Notes: generated by a model from the sequence alone, not told the origin. Shown: positions 22,814-35,908, counted from the first letter of the stretch. The stretch is 64,000 nucleotides of DNA from Calditrichia bacterium (GCA_963777955.1 CAVZSQ010000013.1:512001-576000), one strand, 5' to 3'. Program-made: numbers and translations.

Positions 22814-23364
22814 TCTGCCTGAATGACCTCTATATTTTTCGCGCCGATACTGTTCAGAAAATTTCCGGTTTGCTGCTGATCGAAATTCGGATCAGTGCTG
22901 TCAACCGATATGAAAAAACCATCATTCATCGCTCTTTCCAGATTCCGCGAATGAAATAGTTTATGAAAATATTTAGGTAAGCGATTCAAGGCCAGCATAC
23001 CAAGAACCGCCGTGAAAGCGGAACATAAAACCATGATCGCAAAAGCGACGGGTCCATAAGCCTGATAACTGAAAAACGGTTTTCCCGAGATCACCAGCGG
23101 ATAAGCGACAGTACTGGTCCACCACTCCAGCGTCACACCCGCCGTCAAAGCCACCGCAGCAACGGCGAAAACAATATACCCCAGCGGTGAGCGCCGCAGG
23201 CCCATGGCCTGATCCATGCCATGAATGGGGAAAGGTGAATGGCAATCGAATTTCCGGTATCCCGCTTCCCGCACCTTTGCGGCGGCCGCCAGCAGGGCGG
23301 CTGGATTCTCAAATTCAGCCAGCAGACCGTGAATGACTTCATTTTTATTTTTTAATTCATCCAT
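22810..23364 (-). CDS. actD: Alternative complex III subunit ActD (DUF3341)
   Basis: GLLAEF, SPFPIHG, YPLVISGKP. Confidence 0.88.
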   Translation of the reverse strand: MDELKNKNEVIHGLLAEFENPAALLAAAAKVREAGYRKFDCHSPFPIHGMDQAMGLRRSPLGYIVFAVAAVALTAGVTLEWWTSTVAYPLVISGKPFFSYQAYGPVAFAIMVLCSAFTAVLGMLALNRLPKYFHKLFHSRNLERAMNDGFFISVDSTDPNFDQQQTGNFLNSIGAKNIEVIQAE

Positions 23365-23374
23365 TTGCCAACCC

Positions 23375-24752
23375 TCAGTGATGCTGCTCATGCTGCGCAT
23401 CCGCCTGCGGTAAAACCCCTTTTACTTCCGAAATGGCAATGATCGGTATAAAACGCAGGAAAATCAGGAACAGGGTAAAAAACAATCCGAAGGAACCTAC
23501 AAAAGTACCGATATCAAAAATGGTCGGAGAATAATAAGCCCAGCTGGAAGGCAGAAAGTCCCTGGACAATGTCGAGACGACAATCACGAACCGCTCAAAC
23601 CACATACCGATATTTATAAAGATCGCGATGGTAAACATCAGCGGAATACTGCGCCGTATTTTTTTAAACCAGAACAATTGCGGAATTATTACATTACAAC
23701 TGATCATGGTCCAGTAAGCCCAGGCGTAAGGTCCAAAAGCCCGGTTCATAAAAGCGAACCGCTCATACAGGTTCCCGCTGTACCAGGCAATAAAAAATTC
23801 ACACCCATAGGCATAACCCACCATCATACCGGTCACCATCATAATCTTATTCATTTTTTCCAGGTGATTTATGGTGATATAATTTTCCAGGCCATAAATT
23901 TTCCGGACGATGATGGCCAGGATTGATACCATGGCAAATCCCGAAAATATCGCGCCGGCCACAAAATAGGGCGGAAAGATCGTAGTATGCCAGCCGGGTA
24001 AAATGCTGGTGGCAAAGTCGGTGCTGACCACGCTGTGCACGGACAAGACCAGCGGTGTTGACAAACCCGCCAGTAGCAGATAAGCGATTTCATAATGCTG
24101 CCATTGCCGGTTGCCGCCCTGCCAGCCCAGAGAAAATATTCCCAGTACAATCTTGCGCAGCCTGTTTTTAGCCCGGTCGCGCAGCGCGGCCAGGTCCGGA
24201 ATTAATCCGGTGTACCAGAATAACACGGAAACCGTGAAATAGGTACCGACGGCAAAAATATCCCATAACAGCGGGCTGCGAAAGTTGGGCCACATCAGCA
24301 TTTGATTGGGCAGCGGAGCCATCCAGTAAGCCACCCAGATACGGCCAACATGAATGCCGGGAAAAATCAGGGCACAGATAACCGCGAATAAAGTCATCGC
24401 TTCAGCAAAACGGTTGATCGATGTGCGCCAGCGCTGCCGGAATAAGAAAAGAATTGCCGAGATCAGGGTACCGGCATGACCGATTCCAACCCAGAAAACG
24501 AAATTCACAATCGCCCAACCCCAGCCCACCGGTATACTCACACCCCAGATACCGATACCCTCCCAGACCAGGTATGCGATCAATACAAACATCATGACCA
24601 TCAAACTGCTGGATATGGTTATCGCCACGTACCACAACCTGGGAGTCCTGGCTTCAGTGATTGTACTGACCTTTTCAGTTACATCCGCAAAAGACGGATT
24701 CCCCTCGATCAGTATCTCTTTCTGCAATTCTAATGTTTCAGTGATTAGTCAT
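23375..24752 (-). CDS. actC: Alternative complex III NrfD-family subunit ActC (probable start 24752, with a one-base insertion at about 24743)
   Basis: [50 protein letters not shown]. Confidence 0.92.
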
Positions 24753-24810
24753 ATTTACTCAAAATTACAGTGACTTATTCTATGGAATCCTATATCTTAT
24801 ATCAACTCTC

Positions 24811-24881
24811 TATTCGACCCCTCCGGGTGCACTTATACAGGGAGATCTGTCTGGTTATAACATTTGATGCCTGCGGCATCA
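24811..24881. repeat. REP doublet-like element in the actB-actC gap
   Basis: tcgacccctccgggtgc ... tataacatt-tgatgcc-tgc-ggcatca; also (cttagtgc)x2 at 24928..24943. Confidence 0.5.
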
Positions 24882-24961
24882 TTACGCCATAACCGCTTGA
24901 TTCTTAAATTATTCTCTTTAATCTCATCTTAGTGCCTTAGTGCCTTTTTAGCCTTTATGCC

Positions 24962-27956
24962 TTACTTCCCTTTGTCTAAATCCGGATTAATATTCCTTAC
25001 TTTCGCCAGATACGACGTCCGCGGTTGAATATTCAGTTCAGCTAACAATTCATAATTACGTTCAGATTTTTTCATCTTATTTACCTGGCTCTCAGGATCA
25101 TTGATATTGCCAAAATAGATGGCCCGGGTCGGACAGGCTTGTTGACAGGCAGATTGCACCTCGCCATCCTGCAAGGTTCTGTTCTCCATTTTAGCCTTGA
25201 GTTTACTTTCATTCAGTCGCTGCAAACAGTATGTACATTTTTCCATAACACCGCGGGAACGTACTGTTACATCCGGATTCTGCATCATCTGTATGATCTC
25301 CGGGTAATCTTTGGTGTAATTAAAGAAATTAAAACGGCGGACTTTATAAGGACAGTTATTGGAACAGTATCGTGTACCGATGCAGCGGTTATAGACCATC
25401 AGATTCAATCCTTCACTGTCATGGACAGTAGCGGCTACCGGACAGACCTGCTCGCAGGGGGCGTTTTCGCAATGCTGGCAGGCCATCGGCTGATAAACCA
25501 GTTGGGGAGCTTCGACCTCTCCGCTGAAATAACGATCCAGACGCAACCAGTGCATCTCCCGGCCGTTATGCACCTGTTGTTTACCGACTATGGGGATATT
25601 GTTTTCACTCTGACAGGCTATGGTACAGGCATTGCAGCCGATACAGCGGTTCAGATCAATGACCATACCCCATTGATACCCTTTGTCATAAGAGTGCTCT
25701 TCCCATAATGAAATCAGCGGAGGGTGTTCCACCATTTCCCCGGCAAACTGCGGGTGCCGGCGGTATTCTTCCAGAGAAGCCTCGCGGATGATCGGTCTTC
25801 CTTCCATCGATCCATGGTGCTGGGTATTGGCCAGTTTATAAGTGTCAGTGGTCCTGCGCAGCCGGGCATTCGTGTCGAAATAAAGCGCATTACTGCTGCG
25901 CAAGGTGTAAGCGTTGAATCCGGTCTGATTGCCGATCCTGCCGGCTGCAGTGCGACCAAAGCCTAAATCCAGAGCAATTGAAAAATCCACAGTACCGGGG
26001 ACAATCCATACCGGGAACGGTTGTTCCTTTCCTTTATTTTCAATGACAATCAGATCTTCATTTTTAATTCCCAACCGGCGGGCAGTATTTTCACTCATCA
26101 GTGCAGCATTATCCCAGGCCAGTTTGGTTACCGGATCAGGCAATTCCTGCAACCAGCCGTTATTGGCAAAGCGGCCGTCAAAGACCGAATACGAAGGCTG
26201 AAACAGGATCTCCAGGTGCTCGGCATCTAATTTGTGATTCAGCAAAGGATAATCAATCGCCAGTTTTTTAAGGCCGTTCAGATCGAGTTTGGGATTGATC
26301 AACGGATATTCGCTGTTTTCCAGATAGCCCTGGTGAAGTATTCTGCGCCACTCCTGCTCAAACTCAGAGGTTTTCAATAATCCTCGCCAGGTTTCACGGA
26401 CCAGGTCATAGCCACTGATCTGTTTAGCCCCTGTGATCACAGCCAGCATCTCGATTACGCCGAAACTTTTATATAACGGTTCGATCAATGGCTGCACAAT
26501 ACTGGCGGTACCGGCAGAGGAACGGGCATCCGACCATGATTCCAGGAAATGGCTTAGCGGAAGATGCCATTCCGTCAGGCGCGATGTTTCATCATAATAA
26601 TAACTGAGATGAACGGAGTGTTTAGCTTTTCCCAGAGCCGAACTGAAATCAAGATCGGCCGGTGCATTATAAACCGGATTTCCATCCAGAATTATCAGGG
26701 TGTCGATTTTATTCTGATTCAGTCCGGTCACCAGGTTATTCAGCTGGTCCTGTTCCGCCAGAATAACATCCATGCGGCTGGCGATAAAATACTGTATGAC
26801 CGATATTACCCAGAGCAGCATTAATCAGATTCACCAGAGCATGAACCAGGGGATTTTGTTGCCTGCCGGCGATAATAACACTGCGTCCGGTATTCCGGAT
26901 TAAGTCTTTGGCTAGCCACATCCAGCCAGTGCGGATCAAATTCCACTTCAGCTGCTGCTGCGCCGCCGCAGGTATTTCGCCAGCAGGTATTTTTATACCA
27001 GCATTACGTAAGGTCTGAATCAAAGCCAGCAGGAAGTCTGGTATCCGGCAGCGGGCTAATTTTTGGCGGTGATCGGCCATGGCTCCGGTGAGAGTGAACA
27101 GCGGTTCGACCACATATAACCGGTTCATCCCCTGTTCAGGAGATTTAAGTTCCCGTCCGCTGACAAACTGCCGGGCCGCCAGGATACTTTCATTTTCCAA
27201 ACCGAGAAAATCAGCATCTACAGCCAGTATCACCCGGGCCTGGTTAAAATCATATTCAGGGATCAGTACGGATCCATTAAGCGCCCGGATACCATGATAG
27301 ATATTTTCATCAGATACCGGTTCATAACAATACCAGCCGGCCTGGGGAAATTTTTTATGGAATATTTCTTTCAGACGATTCAGGGTCGGGGCTGCAAATG
27401 ATCCGGATAATACGGCCAGACCATTACCCTTATTACCGGCGAAATCTGCAGCGAGTTTTTGCCAGAACAGCACAAAATCATCCGGGCTTTTCTCCAGCCC
27501 CTGCTGCAGAACCGTCTGGGAACGGTCAGGATCGTACAACTCCAGGATGGCGGATTGTATGAATGCATTTGTACCGCCGCGGTTGGCCGGATGGCCGGGA
27601 TTCCCTTCAATTTTAGTTGGGCGTCCCTCATGACTCTCCACGATCAAGCCATAAGCGCCGGTGCGGAAAGGCATGGTTGTGGCATAATATTGCGGAATAC
27701 CCGGGATGATATCTTCAGGGGCCTTTACATAAGGTACGATTTTTTCCACCGGGCGCCGGCAGGAGGTCAAACCGGCCAGGGCCAGCGAGGCGCCCATCAG
27801 AGTCAGAAAATTCCGGCGGTTCATCTGTGCCGGCAGATCGGTAGTTCCTTCCGGAAATTCACGGTGCAGGAATTCAGTAAATTCCCGCTTACCGGCCAGT
27901 TGGTCCAGGCTGCGCCAGTATTCTTTTCCACTTATATTCAATTTCTTGTCGTTCAT
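24962..27956 (-). CDS. actB: Alternative complex III subunit ActB (Tat-exported molybdopterin-like domain fused to a 4Fe-4S domain); frameshifts around 26770-26960
   Basis: YWRSL, NRRNFL Tat motif, EGRPTKIEGN, CIGCNAC, CQHCENAPC, CIGTRYC, CTYC. Confidence 0.92.
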
Positions 27957-28600
27957 CGGTGACATCCTGAGCATTCTACCGGCGGGACAATATTCTTTCC
28001 CTGCTTCACCTTGCGGGCAAATTCAAGTTGATCGGCCGCAGGGGTCCATTTCATGCTGGTAATATCAGTTACTGCCCGTAAATGCATATCGGGATTACGG
28101 TGACAGTTTAAGCACCAGCCCATACTTAGCGGCTCCACCTGCATTATTTCTTCCATTTCAGTTACTGTACCGTGACAACTCTGGCAGCCTATACCGGCAT
28201 GCAGATGAATACTATGATTAAAGAAAACATAATCCGGCAGTTTATGTACCCGTATCCATTCGATTGGTTTGCCGCTGCTCCAACTCTCCCGTACAGCAGT
28301 CAGTTTTTCGCTGTCCGTTTTGATCAGGGTATGGCAGTTCATGCAGGTCTGGGTGGGAGGAATATTGGCCTTGGCCGATACTTCGACAAAATTATGGCAA
28401 TACCGGCAATCCATACCAAGGTCGCCGGCATGCAGTTTATGACTGTAAGGAACAGGCTGTTTGGGGCGATAACCCACATCGGTATATTTGGGTGAGCCAA
28501 AGTACCAGAAGAATCCCACCACTGCCAGAAGGGTACCGGTAATAATAAAGATTAATATAATCGGTAATTTATTGGTCCATTGCGGAAAAATCTGAGCCAA
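27953..28600 (-). CDS. actA: Alternative complex III pentaheme cytochrome c ActA
   Basis: Five CxxCH motifs (CRYCH, CMNCH, CQSCH, CLNCH, CSGCH) after an N-terminal TM helix. Confidence 0.93.
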   Translation of the reverse strand: MAQIFPQWTNKLPIILIFIITGTLLAVVGFFWYFGSPKYTDVGYRPKQPVPYSHKLHAGDLGMDCRYCHNFVEVSAKANIPPTQTCMNCHTLIKTDSEKLTAVRESWSSGKPIEWIRVHKLPDYVFFNHSIHLHAGIGCQSCHGTVTEMEEIMQVEPLSMGWCLNCHRNPDMHLRAVTDITSMKWTPAADQLEFARKVKQGKNIVPPVECSGCHR

Positions 28601-28851
28601 GAGTATATTCCTCTTAACTAATGGATCACTGTTTTCTGATCTGAGTAAATGATACTACTTTATTCAATAAACATTTATTCCTGGCGGTTTAAAATAAATA
28701 TTTTAAACATATTCATCAATAGAGAATTTAAATACACTATTTATCTTTATTAAAATCAATTTGTTTATGGGAAGTAATAATAAATCGATTAAACTTACCT
28801 GATTTTGGGCATAGCAGTTTTGCAGGGTCGAGATGGATTATATTAATTCAA

Positions 28852-28895
28852 TCCCCTCCCTAATCTGGTTAGGGAGGGGACACAGGGGTGGGTCA
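28852..28895. repeat. Palindromic REP-like element just after a T9SS-CTD gene
   Basis: tcccctccctaa-tctgg-ttagggagggga-cacaggggtgggtca; stop codon at 28897. Confidence 0.75.
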
Positions 28896-28896
28896 G

Positions 28897-31387
28897 TTAC
28901 CGCAATAGCACCAACTTGCGCGATCGAGTGAATCCCTGGTCGGTAGTTAACTGGTACAAGTATACTCCGCTGGCAAAATTGGTCGCATCCCATTCTACCT
29001 TGTATGTTCCCGCCGGTTGTTTTTGCCGAAACCAGCGTGGCTACCTTTTGGCCGAGGATATTATATATTCCCAGTTCCACATATACTGGTAACTGGTAAT
29101 TGGTAACTGATAATTGTCTTCGGATTGAAGGGATTGGGGTAGTTCTGGCCAAGGGCAAATTGAGTGGGTACACTGTTGAAATTCTCAGCAATTCCGAGAG
29201 CAATTTTTGTGAAATCAAAAGAATCAGTCCAATAAGGATATTCATTACTATAAACAATTAAATCAAAGTGAATAGGATTTTTTATTGTACTGTCCGGATT
29301 ATAACCTTCCACAAAAATAAATGAATAATAGTTGTTGCTGGTATCAATTTCCCCGGCAACAAGGTCAGGAAATGTCAGATTGTTATTTAATATTTTTTCA
29401 ACTCTTGGATCGGTTGACTTGATATTTACATACAGATTTTCAGCTGCAGCATTAGTACCTTCATTTTTAAGTACCAGGTTTATAAATTGTTCTCTGTATT
29501 GTTCGTCGTAGAAATAATCAATAAACGGAGTATCGCCTAAACTGACGGGGCCGATAGAGGTAAATTTATTATCATCATGAAAATCCATCGTCGTTCCACG
29601 ACTTTCATTATCAATACTGAGAAAAATATTAAGCATGGCTTCGGTGGCAAATGGATTGAAAGTATCCTCCATAGATTCCGTCTCCAATCTCCTGATCGTT
29701 GTGAATCCCGTCATCATATAGTTCCACTGTGGAGAGAACCTCAGCACTGTCCGGGATCTGCAGATGGGAATAAACCTTTATATTTTCTCCCTGGGGATTG
29801 ATAATCTCCGTAGTGATAAACGGAGAGATCTGGTTTGGATTGATATATAAGCCGTCCCCATGGAATATCATATCTGATGGCCGGGGTTGGGCCATATGGG
29901 ACGATTCGTAAGCCCCCATATCTACATAGGGATCGATACTGTGCGGACGTGCATTTCCATCGAAATCATCATCCGGGGAATAATAGGTAACACCATTCAA
30001 TTCAATGGATGACTCGGCCTGTACCGATGCCCGGACTGGTGGCTGCTAAATGGTACAGGGTATCTGAAAAATCCGGATCAATATTCCAGACACTTTTATC
30101 AATATCCGCCCATCGATTTCCCTGCACGACCGAATTATACATCTCAACACCACCATACTTATTCCCCTCCACCCAGGAGAACCATGTGGGTTCATTACCC
30201 AAAAATATTTCTCCCCAGGCAGCATTGTCAGGATGATCATTCCATAAAATATTGTTCAGCAGAAAAGGTTTATCATTCATGATATAAAAAGCAGAACCGT
30301 CCGCAGGCCGAATTGTTAACAAAGGTATTATTAATGAAAGATGGTTTAGGAGTATAGTGTCCTGCGGAGCCAGACGGCCAGGCTCCGGACATCCGCCTTC
30401 CGGACAGTAAACCCGCCAGACCGCTATGGCTCCGCCCAGGTGATCGGAATGATTCCCCTCAAAAATATTATTATAAATAAAGGGACCCGGATCATTATCT
30501 ACCGCCCCGTCGGCGTTCGTTCTTCAAGTGACAATATACATGGCACCGCCGAAACTACTCGTGGCACAGGGCTTTATTGCCGCTGATTATATTGTTACGG
30601 ATAATCTGAGTACCACTGGTTGGCAGCACAAAATTCATAGCAATGCCACCACCCATTGCCTTCCATTCATCCGTATTTTGAATGATGTTATTACTGATAA
30701 TATTATTCTCGATGATATAACTGACTGTTGTTCACATAAAAATTGACTATGGCAATACCACCACCGCCCGTCATTTCACTTTCGACATAGTTATCCGCAA
30801 TTAAATTATTCCGTATAATAATCGAGAGATTTTCAGCTGTTAACGGATTAACAGCGATGCCGCCACCACTTGCTCCAGCAGTATAACTATCCGGAACCTT
30901 CGCCTGATTGATGACATTATTGATTATCCGGTTATCATGTATCATAATATTGGAAGCAGAAGCAGCCATACCGCCGCCAGCACGTGCAAATTCATTTCCA
31001 GAGGCCACCTTCATACCATATCCTCCGGTGATCGTCAATCCGCATATGACCGTTGTATCTTGACTAAAACTCACCATAATAACACTGGCCAGGTCGGTGT
31101 TAACCGGCTGGCTTCCATTTATGACCGTTTTGGAAATATGGCTGGTGTCGCCCGTCGATCAAAAAATGGCTGCCCAGGGTGATGGATTTTGAAGTGATCT
31201 GCAGATTCTCATAATAGGTACCTTCGGCCACCAGCACGGTGTCGCCATTAACCGCGACATCAATTGCCCCCTGAATGGTGGGGTAATCACCGGGAACGTG
31301 TATAATTTGGGAAGGAAGTAAATCTGGCGTTATACCAGTAATAATTAAAGTTGCCACGAATACGAAAATCAGTAAACGACTTTTCAT
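28897..31387 (-). pseudogene. Secreted parallel beta-helix protein with T9SS-type CTD, fragmented by many frameshifts (pseudogene or poorly polished sequence)
   Basis: Signal peptide and IHVPGDYPTIQGAI..GTYYENL; GGGI repeats; DFDGNAR...DMGAYE; ELYDDGIHNDQEIGDGIYG; LGQNYPNPFNP; at least seven ORF fragments. Confidence 0.7.
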
Positions 31388-31461
31388 GACTATTCTCCTT
31401 TTATTGATAGTTTGATTTAAAAGATTTCAGGAAAATAGTATGAAATAATTCAGGCGGTGTC

Positions 31462-31498
31462 TAACACCCATTGCGCATTCTTTAACACTCAGATTGCA
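31462..31498 (-). promoter_or_regulatory. Putative AraC-type direct-repeat operator upstream of the beta-helix gene
   Basis: TAACAC..TGC direct repeats at 31462 and 31483 (21-bp period); TACTAT on the minus strand at 31435..31440. Confidence 0.45.
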
Positions 31499-31513
31499 TG
31501 GCGAGGGGTAAAA

Positions 31514-31546
31514 TTACACGAAGTTCCACGAAGGATTCACGAAGAA
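31514..31546. repeat. CACGAAG-unit repeat
   Basis: ttacacgaag ttccacgaag gattcacgaag. Confidence 0.7.
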
Positions 31547-31575
31547 AATAACTGAAAAGTAATGAAGCAAAATAT

Positions 31576-34500
31576 CTAGTGGATGTTATTTAGATACTCC
31601 GAAGGGAGTTGACCAAACTGTATTTTAAAACTGCGGGAAAAATAGGATAGATTATTGAATCCGCATTCAAAAGCAATCTGCGAAACTGTCCCGGTTTTTT
31701 GATCCAGTAACTGCCTGGCTCGCAACAGGCGATGGGCACGGATAAACAGGCTGGGGGTCAGGCCGGTTATACTTTCCAGTTTACGCACCAGTTGCGAATG
31801 ACTGAAACCAACTTCACGGACAAACTGTTCAATACTGTATTCCGCATCGGCCAGATGCCGGTCGATAATGCAATTGATTTTGGCCAGAAACGATTGATCG
31901 GCAGAGGCTACACCTGCCTTTTTCAGGTTCCAGTTTCAGCGTCTGCAAATAATGATTACGTAATTTCTCCCGCTGATCTATCAAATTCTTTATCCGCACC
32001 TGTAACTCCCTGGCCATCAAAGGGCTTGGTCAGATAATCATCGGCACCGGTTTCCAGTCCGCCGATTTTGTCTTCGCTGGTGGCCCTGGCCGTCAACAGA
32101 ATAACCGGAATATGACTGGTACGTTCATCAGTTTTCAATTTCTTGCACAATTCGAATCCATCCATCTCCGGCATCATAACATCGCTGATAATCAGGTCGG
32201 GTATTTGCGCAATAGCTGTCTGCAAACCCTCTTTACCATTGACCGATTCACTGATCCGGTAGATGGACTCCAGATACCCGCGGATGTAGTAACGGACATC
32301 CCGGTTGTCTTCTACCACCAGGATACGCGGTGCTTTTTTCCTACTTTTTGATTTTCGTTTTTGCTCTGAATCCGTTTCAATATCCAATTCAGAAATTATC
32401 AGTTCAGTATCCGGCTTCATCGTTTCGGTAAAATTCTGCGGGCTCAGGTGATCTTTACCCATTGGTAACCAGACCGTAATGATGGTTCCATGTTCAACCG
32501 TGCTTTCAACAGTTATTTCACCGTGATGCAATTCGACCAGTTCTTTGGTCAGGGCCAGACCGATTCCACTCCCTTCATGTCCGCGTATCTCCGAATCATC
32601 GACCTGGTAGAAACGGTCAAATATCCGCCCGATTTTATCGGGCGGAATAACCGGTCCGGTGTTGGTGACGGTGATAATGACCGATGGATGTGCATTGGCC
32701 GTAGAGACGCGATAAATCGCGTTTCTACGGGTATCCCCACCATCATTATACGTTACCCCCACCCCCACCCGTCCCCCCTGCGGCGTGAATTTGAATGCAT
32801 TGGATAACAGGTTATACATGATTTTTTCAATTTTATCCCGATCCACATACAGGGATAGCGATTCGCATTCTGCCATAAAACTGAGATCGATCTTTTTAAT
32901 TTTAGCCAGCGACTCAAACGATTGCACATACCCCCTGAGCAGGGGAATGATATTTTCCTCTTTGACCTGTAAGGTCATACCCCCCGATTCCAATCGCGAT
33001 AAATCGAGTAGTTGATTGATCAATCTGTATAACCGGTCAGCATTGCGTTGCATCATGTTCAGATCGGCTTTTAGGTCACGGTTTTGCAGTTTGGGTAACC
33101 ATTTTTTGATCGGACCAAGAATAAGCGTTAGTGGAGTACGGAATTCATGGGAGATATTGGCAAAAAACCGCGATTTCATCCGGTCGATTTCACGCAGATT
33201 TTCAGCATGATTCTGTTCCAGCTCAAGTTCGATGTTTTAATCTTTGCCGTTTGAGATCATACTGCCGTAGCGCATAAAGAATACCGAATCCGATCAGCAG
33301 GTAAACAGAATAAGCCCACCAGGTACGCCACCAGGGTGGGAGTATGATTACTTTAATTGATGTTCCTACTTCATTCCAGAGTCCATGATTATTGGATCCC
33401 TTGACTCGGAATACATACCTCCCCGGATTGAGATTGGTAAAACTGGCCGTGCGCTCGTTGCCGATATGGATCCATTCATCATGAAATCCTTCCATTTTAT
33501 ATGCATATTGATTTTTATTTGGATTAGTAAAATTAAGTGCGGCAAATTTAAAAGAAAATGCATTCTGTTGATAGGTCAGGGTTATGGTTTCGAGATATTG
33601 AATGGCCGTATCCAGTTTAACACTTTCGTGAAATATTTTAAAATCAGTTAAACGAATGGGAGGGATATGCGGATTATCTTTTATCCGGTCAGGGTAGATG
33701 CCAATCGATCCACCGCTACCGCAAAAAAACAACTGACCATCGACCGCCTTGACTGTATTCTGCCGTGCACCTCCAAAACTGGTAAAGGGCAAGCCATCCC
33801 CCTGGCCGTAATTCCTGCATATCCCGTTTTTGATATTTAACATGCCGATGCCTTTGGTTGTGGCCATCCAGATATTTCCGTTATCATCCTCCAATACTGA
33901 TAAGATATAATTATCCGGTAAACCGTCCTTTTCATAAAAATGGGAGAAGGTTTTAGTGGTTAAATCCAGGCGGTTGAGGCCATTATCGGTAGCAATCCAC
34001 AGGGCGTTGGTATCGTATACCTGTGGACGGATGAAGTCGTTTGCACTATTGCTACTTATACTTGCAGAATCATGGGGATCATGGAAATAGTGTTCTGTGG
34101 CGATCAATTGCTGCTGCTTAACCGACAATGAGTAAACTCCATTTAGCAGTGTGCCGATCCACAAATTCCCTATATAATCTTCGTAGAGGGTATGGAGTTC
34201 TGCTGCCTGGATATTTTTCAATCCAAAACCAAAAGTAATAAAACGACCGCTTTTAGTATCATATAATTGTAGAGCCGCGTTTTGTAAACCAATCCAAATA
34301 TTTCCCTCATGGTCTGTTATCATACATCTGATGTAATTGGATTTTAAACCATAAGGATTGTCCGGGTTGCTACGGATATTTTCAAAGATACCTGACAGCG
34401 GATTATAACAATCCAGACCGTTATCATTGGTACCGATCCATAGATTACCTGTGGCATCTTCACAGATGCCGTTGATCCAGTTCGAGTCTGGGACCTTTCT

Positions 34501-35755
34501 TTGATCCGGGTTGATGTGGATAATGGGTATAAACTCCGGAAACAGGATCATATTTTTCCAGACCGGAAAAATTATGTCCGAACCAGATATTCCCTTTTTT
34601 ATCGATATACAGGCATTCGACTCCCGAATCATGCATCCCTTCAGTTTTATCTCGAATAGGTCCATAATAGATGAAAGGATTTTGCTGACGGTCCAATTTA
34701 CAGATCTGCATATCGAAGGGTGAAATCCAGATATTGCCCAGCTGGTCCTCGTAGATAGAATTTATCATACTGTTCCAGAAATTCAGGAAACGTCTGAATT
34801 TTGGTTTTTTATTTGAGTTCAATTCCGCGAGAGGTATCGAAGTAATGCTATTATCCCCTGTTCCAATCCATAATACATCCTGCTGATCGATCTCCAGGCA
34901 ACTGATTATATTCGAGCAAAGGCTGGCCGGATCTTCAGGATCGTTTTTAAAATGTAAAAATGTTTCGTTCCACTTATCAAAGCGGTTTAAGCCGCCGCCG
35001 TTTTGCACCAGGGCATGGCCGGTAGCTATCCATAGATAACCCGAATCGTCTTCACAGATGGAGCTGATTGTATTATAGCTAATACTTGCTGGATTTTTTG
35101 GATCGTATTGAAACACACGACTTGTTCCGCTAAACGGATCAAATCGTATCAAGCCGTTCCACAACGTACCAATCCACAGGGTATTTTTGCTATCCATAAA
35201 TAAAGCAGTTATACCATTATTGAAAATTTCGAGTTGGGGATTGGAGTCCCGATTATAATGCTTGAATTTTGGATTACCGCTACTATCCCATGACATATAA
35301 ATAAGGCCATTTTCGACAGTACCCAACCAGAGGGAACTATCCTCATTCAAGATAATTTGCGTAACCGTATTGCTGCCTATATCATCTGGTTTCAGCGGAT
35401 CATCCAGATAGCGGGTAAAGGTTTCTGTTCGTTGATCAAAGTAATTGAGTCCGCCGCCGCGAGTGCCGATCCACAGATTTCCTTTGATATCCTCCTTGAT
35501 GACAAATACCCAGTTTGCCGACAACGAAGTAGAATCGAACGGTTCCGGGTGGTAATGTTTTAGTTCATACCCATCATATCGGTATAAACCCACCTGGCCG
35601 CCGATCCAGATGAAACCGCGCGAATCGTGTAAAACACACATGGGTATGCCAATAGGCAGATAGTCGAATTGCGGTTCAACCGATTGACAGATCAACAAAG
35701 AATAATAGAGCGATACCAAGGCGATAAATTTGTGAAATACTTTTAATCGATACAT
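31576..35755 (-). CDS. Hybrid two-component sensor (beta-propeller, Y_Y_Y, TM, HisKA, HATPase, REC, AraC), split by about four frameshifts
   Basis: GNLWIGT propeller repeats, LPPWWRTWWAY, FANISHEFRTPL, NLLSNAFKFT, GSGIGL, ISDVMMP, GFNNLSYFSRSFK. Confidence 0.9.
32699..32730. repeat. GTAG-type REP palindrome inserted in-frame in the HATPase domain
   Basis: ccgtagagacgcgat-aa-atcgcgtttctacgg. Confidence 0.75.
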
Positions 35756-35908
35756 AGTGAAATATCAGTATTATGAGGAAAGATAGCATTAAAAAGTATT
35801 GATATTAACAGATCAAGTCAATACTAAAAAAGCATTCACTATAACTTGATATGATTCCTAAGAATGGATCTTTGAGATAAAAACTATATTATGTATTTAA
35901 CTTTCTGC

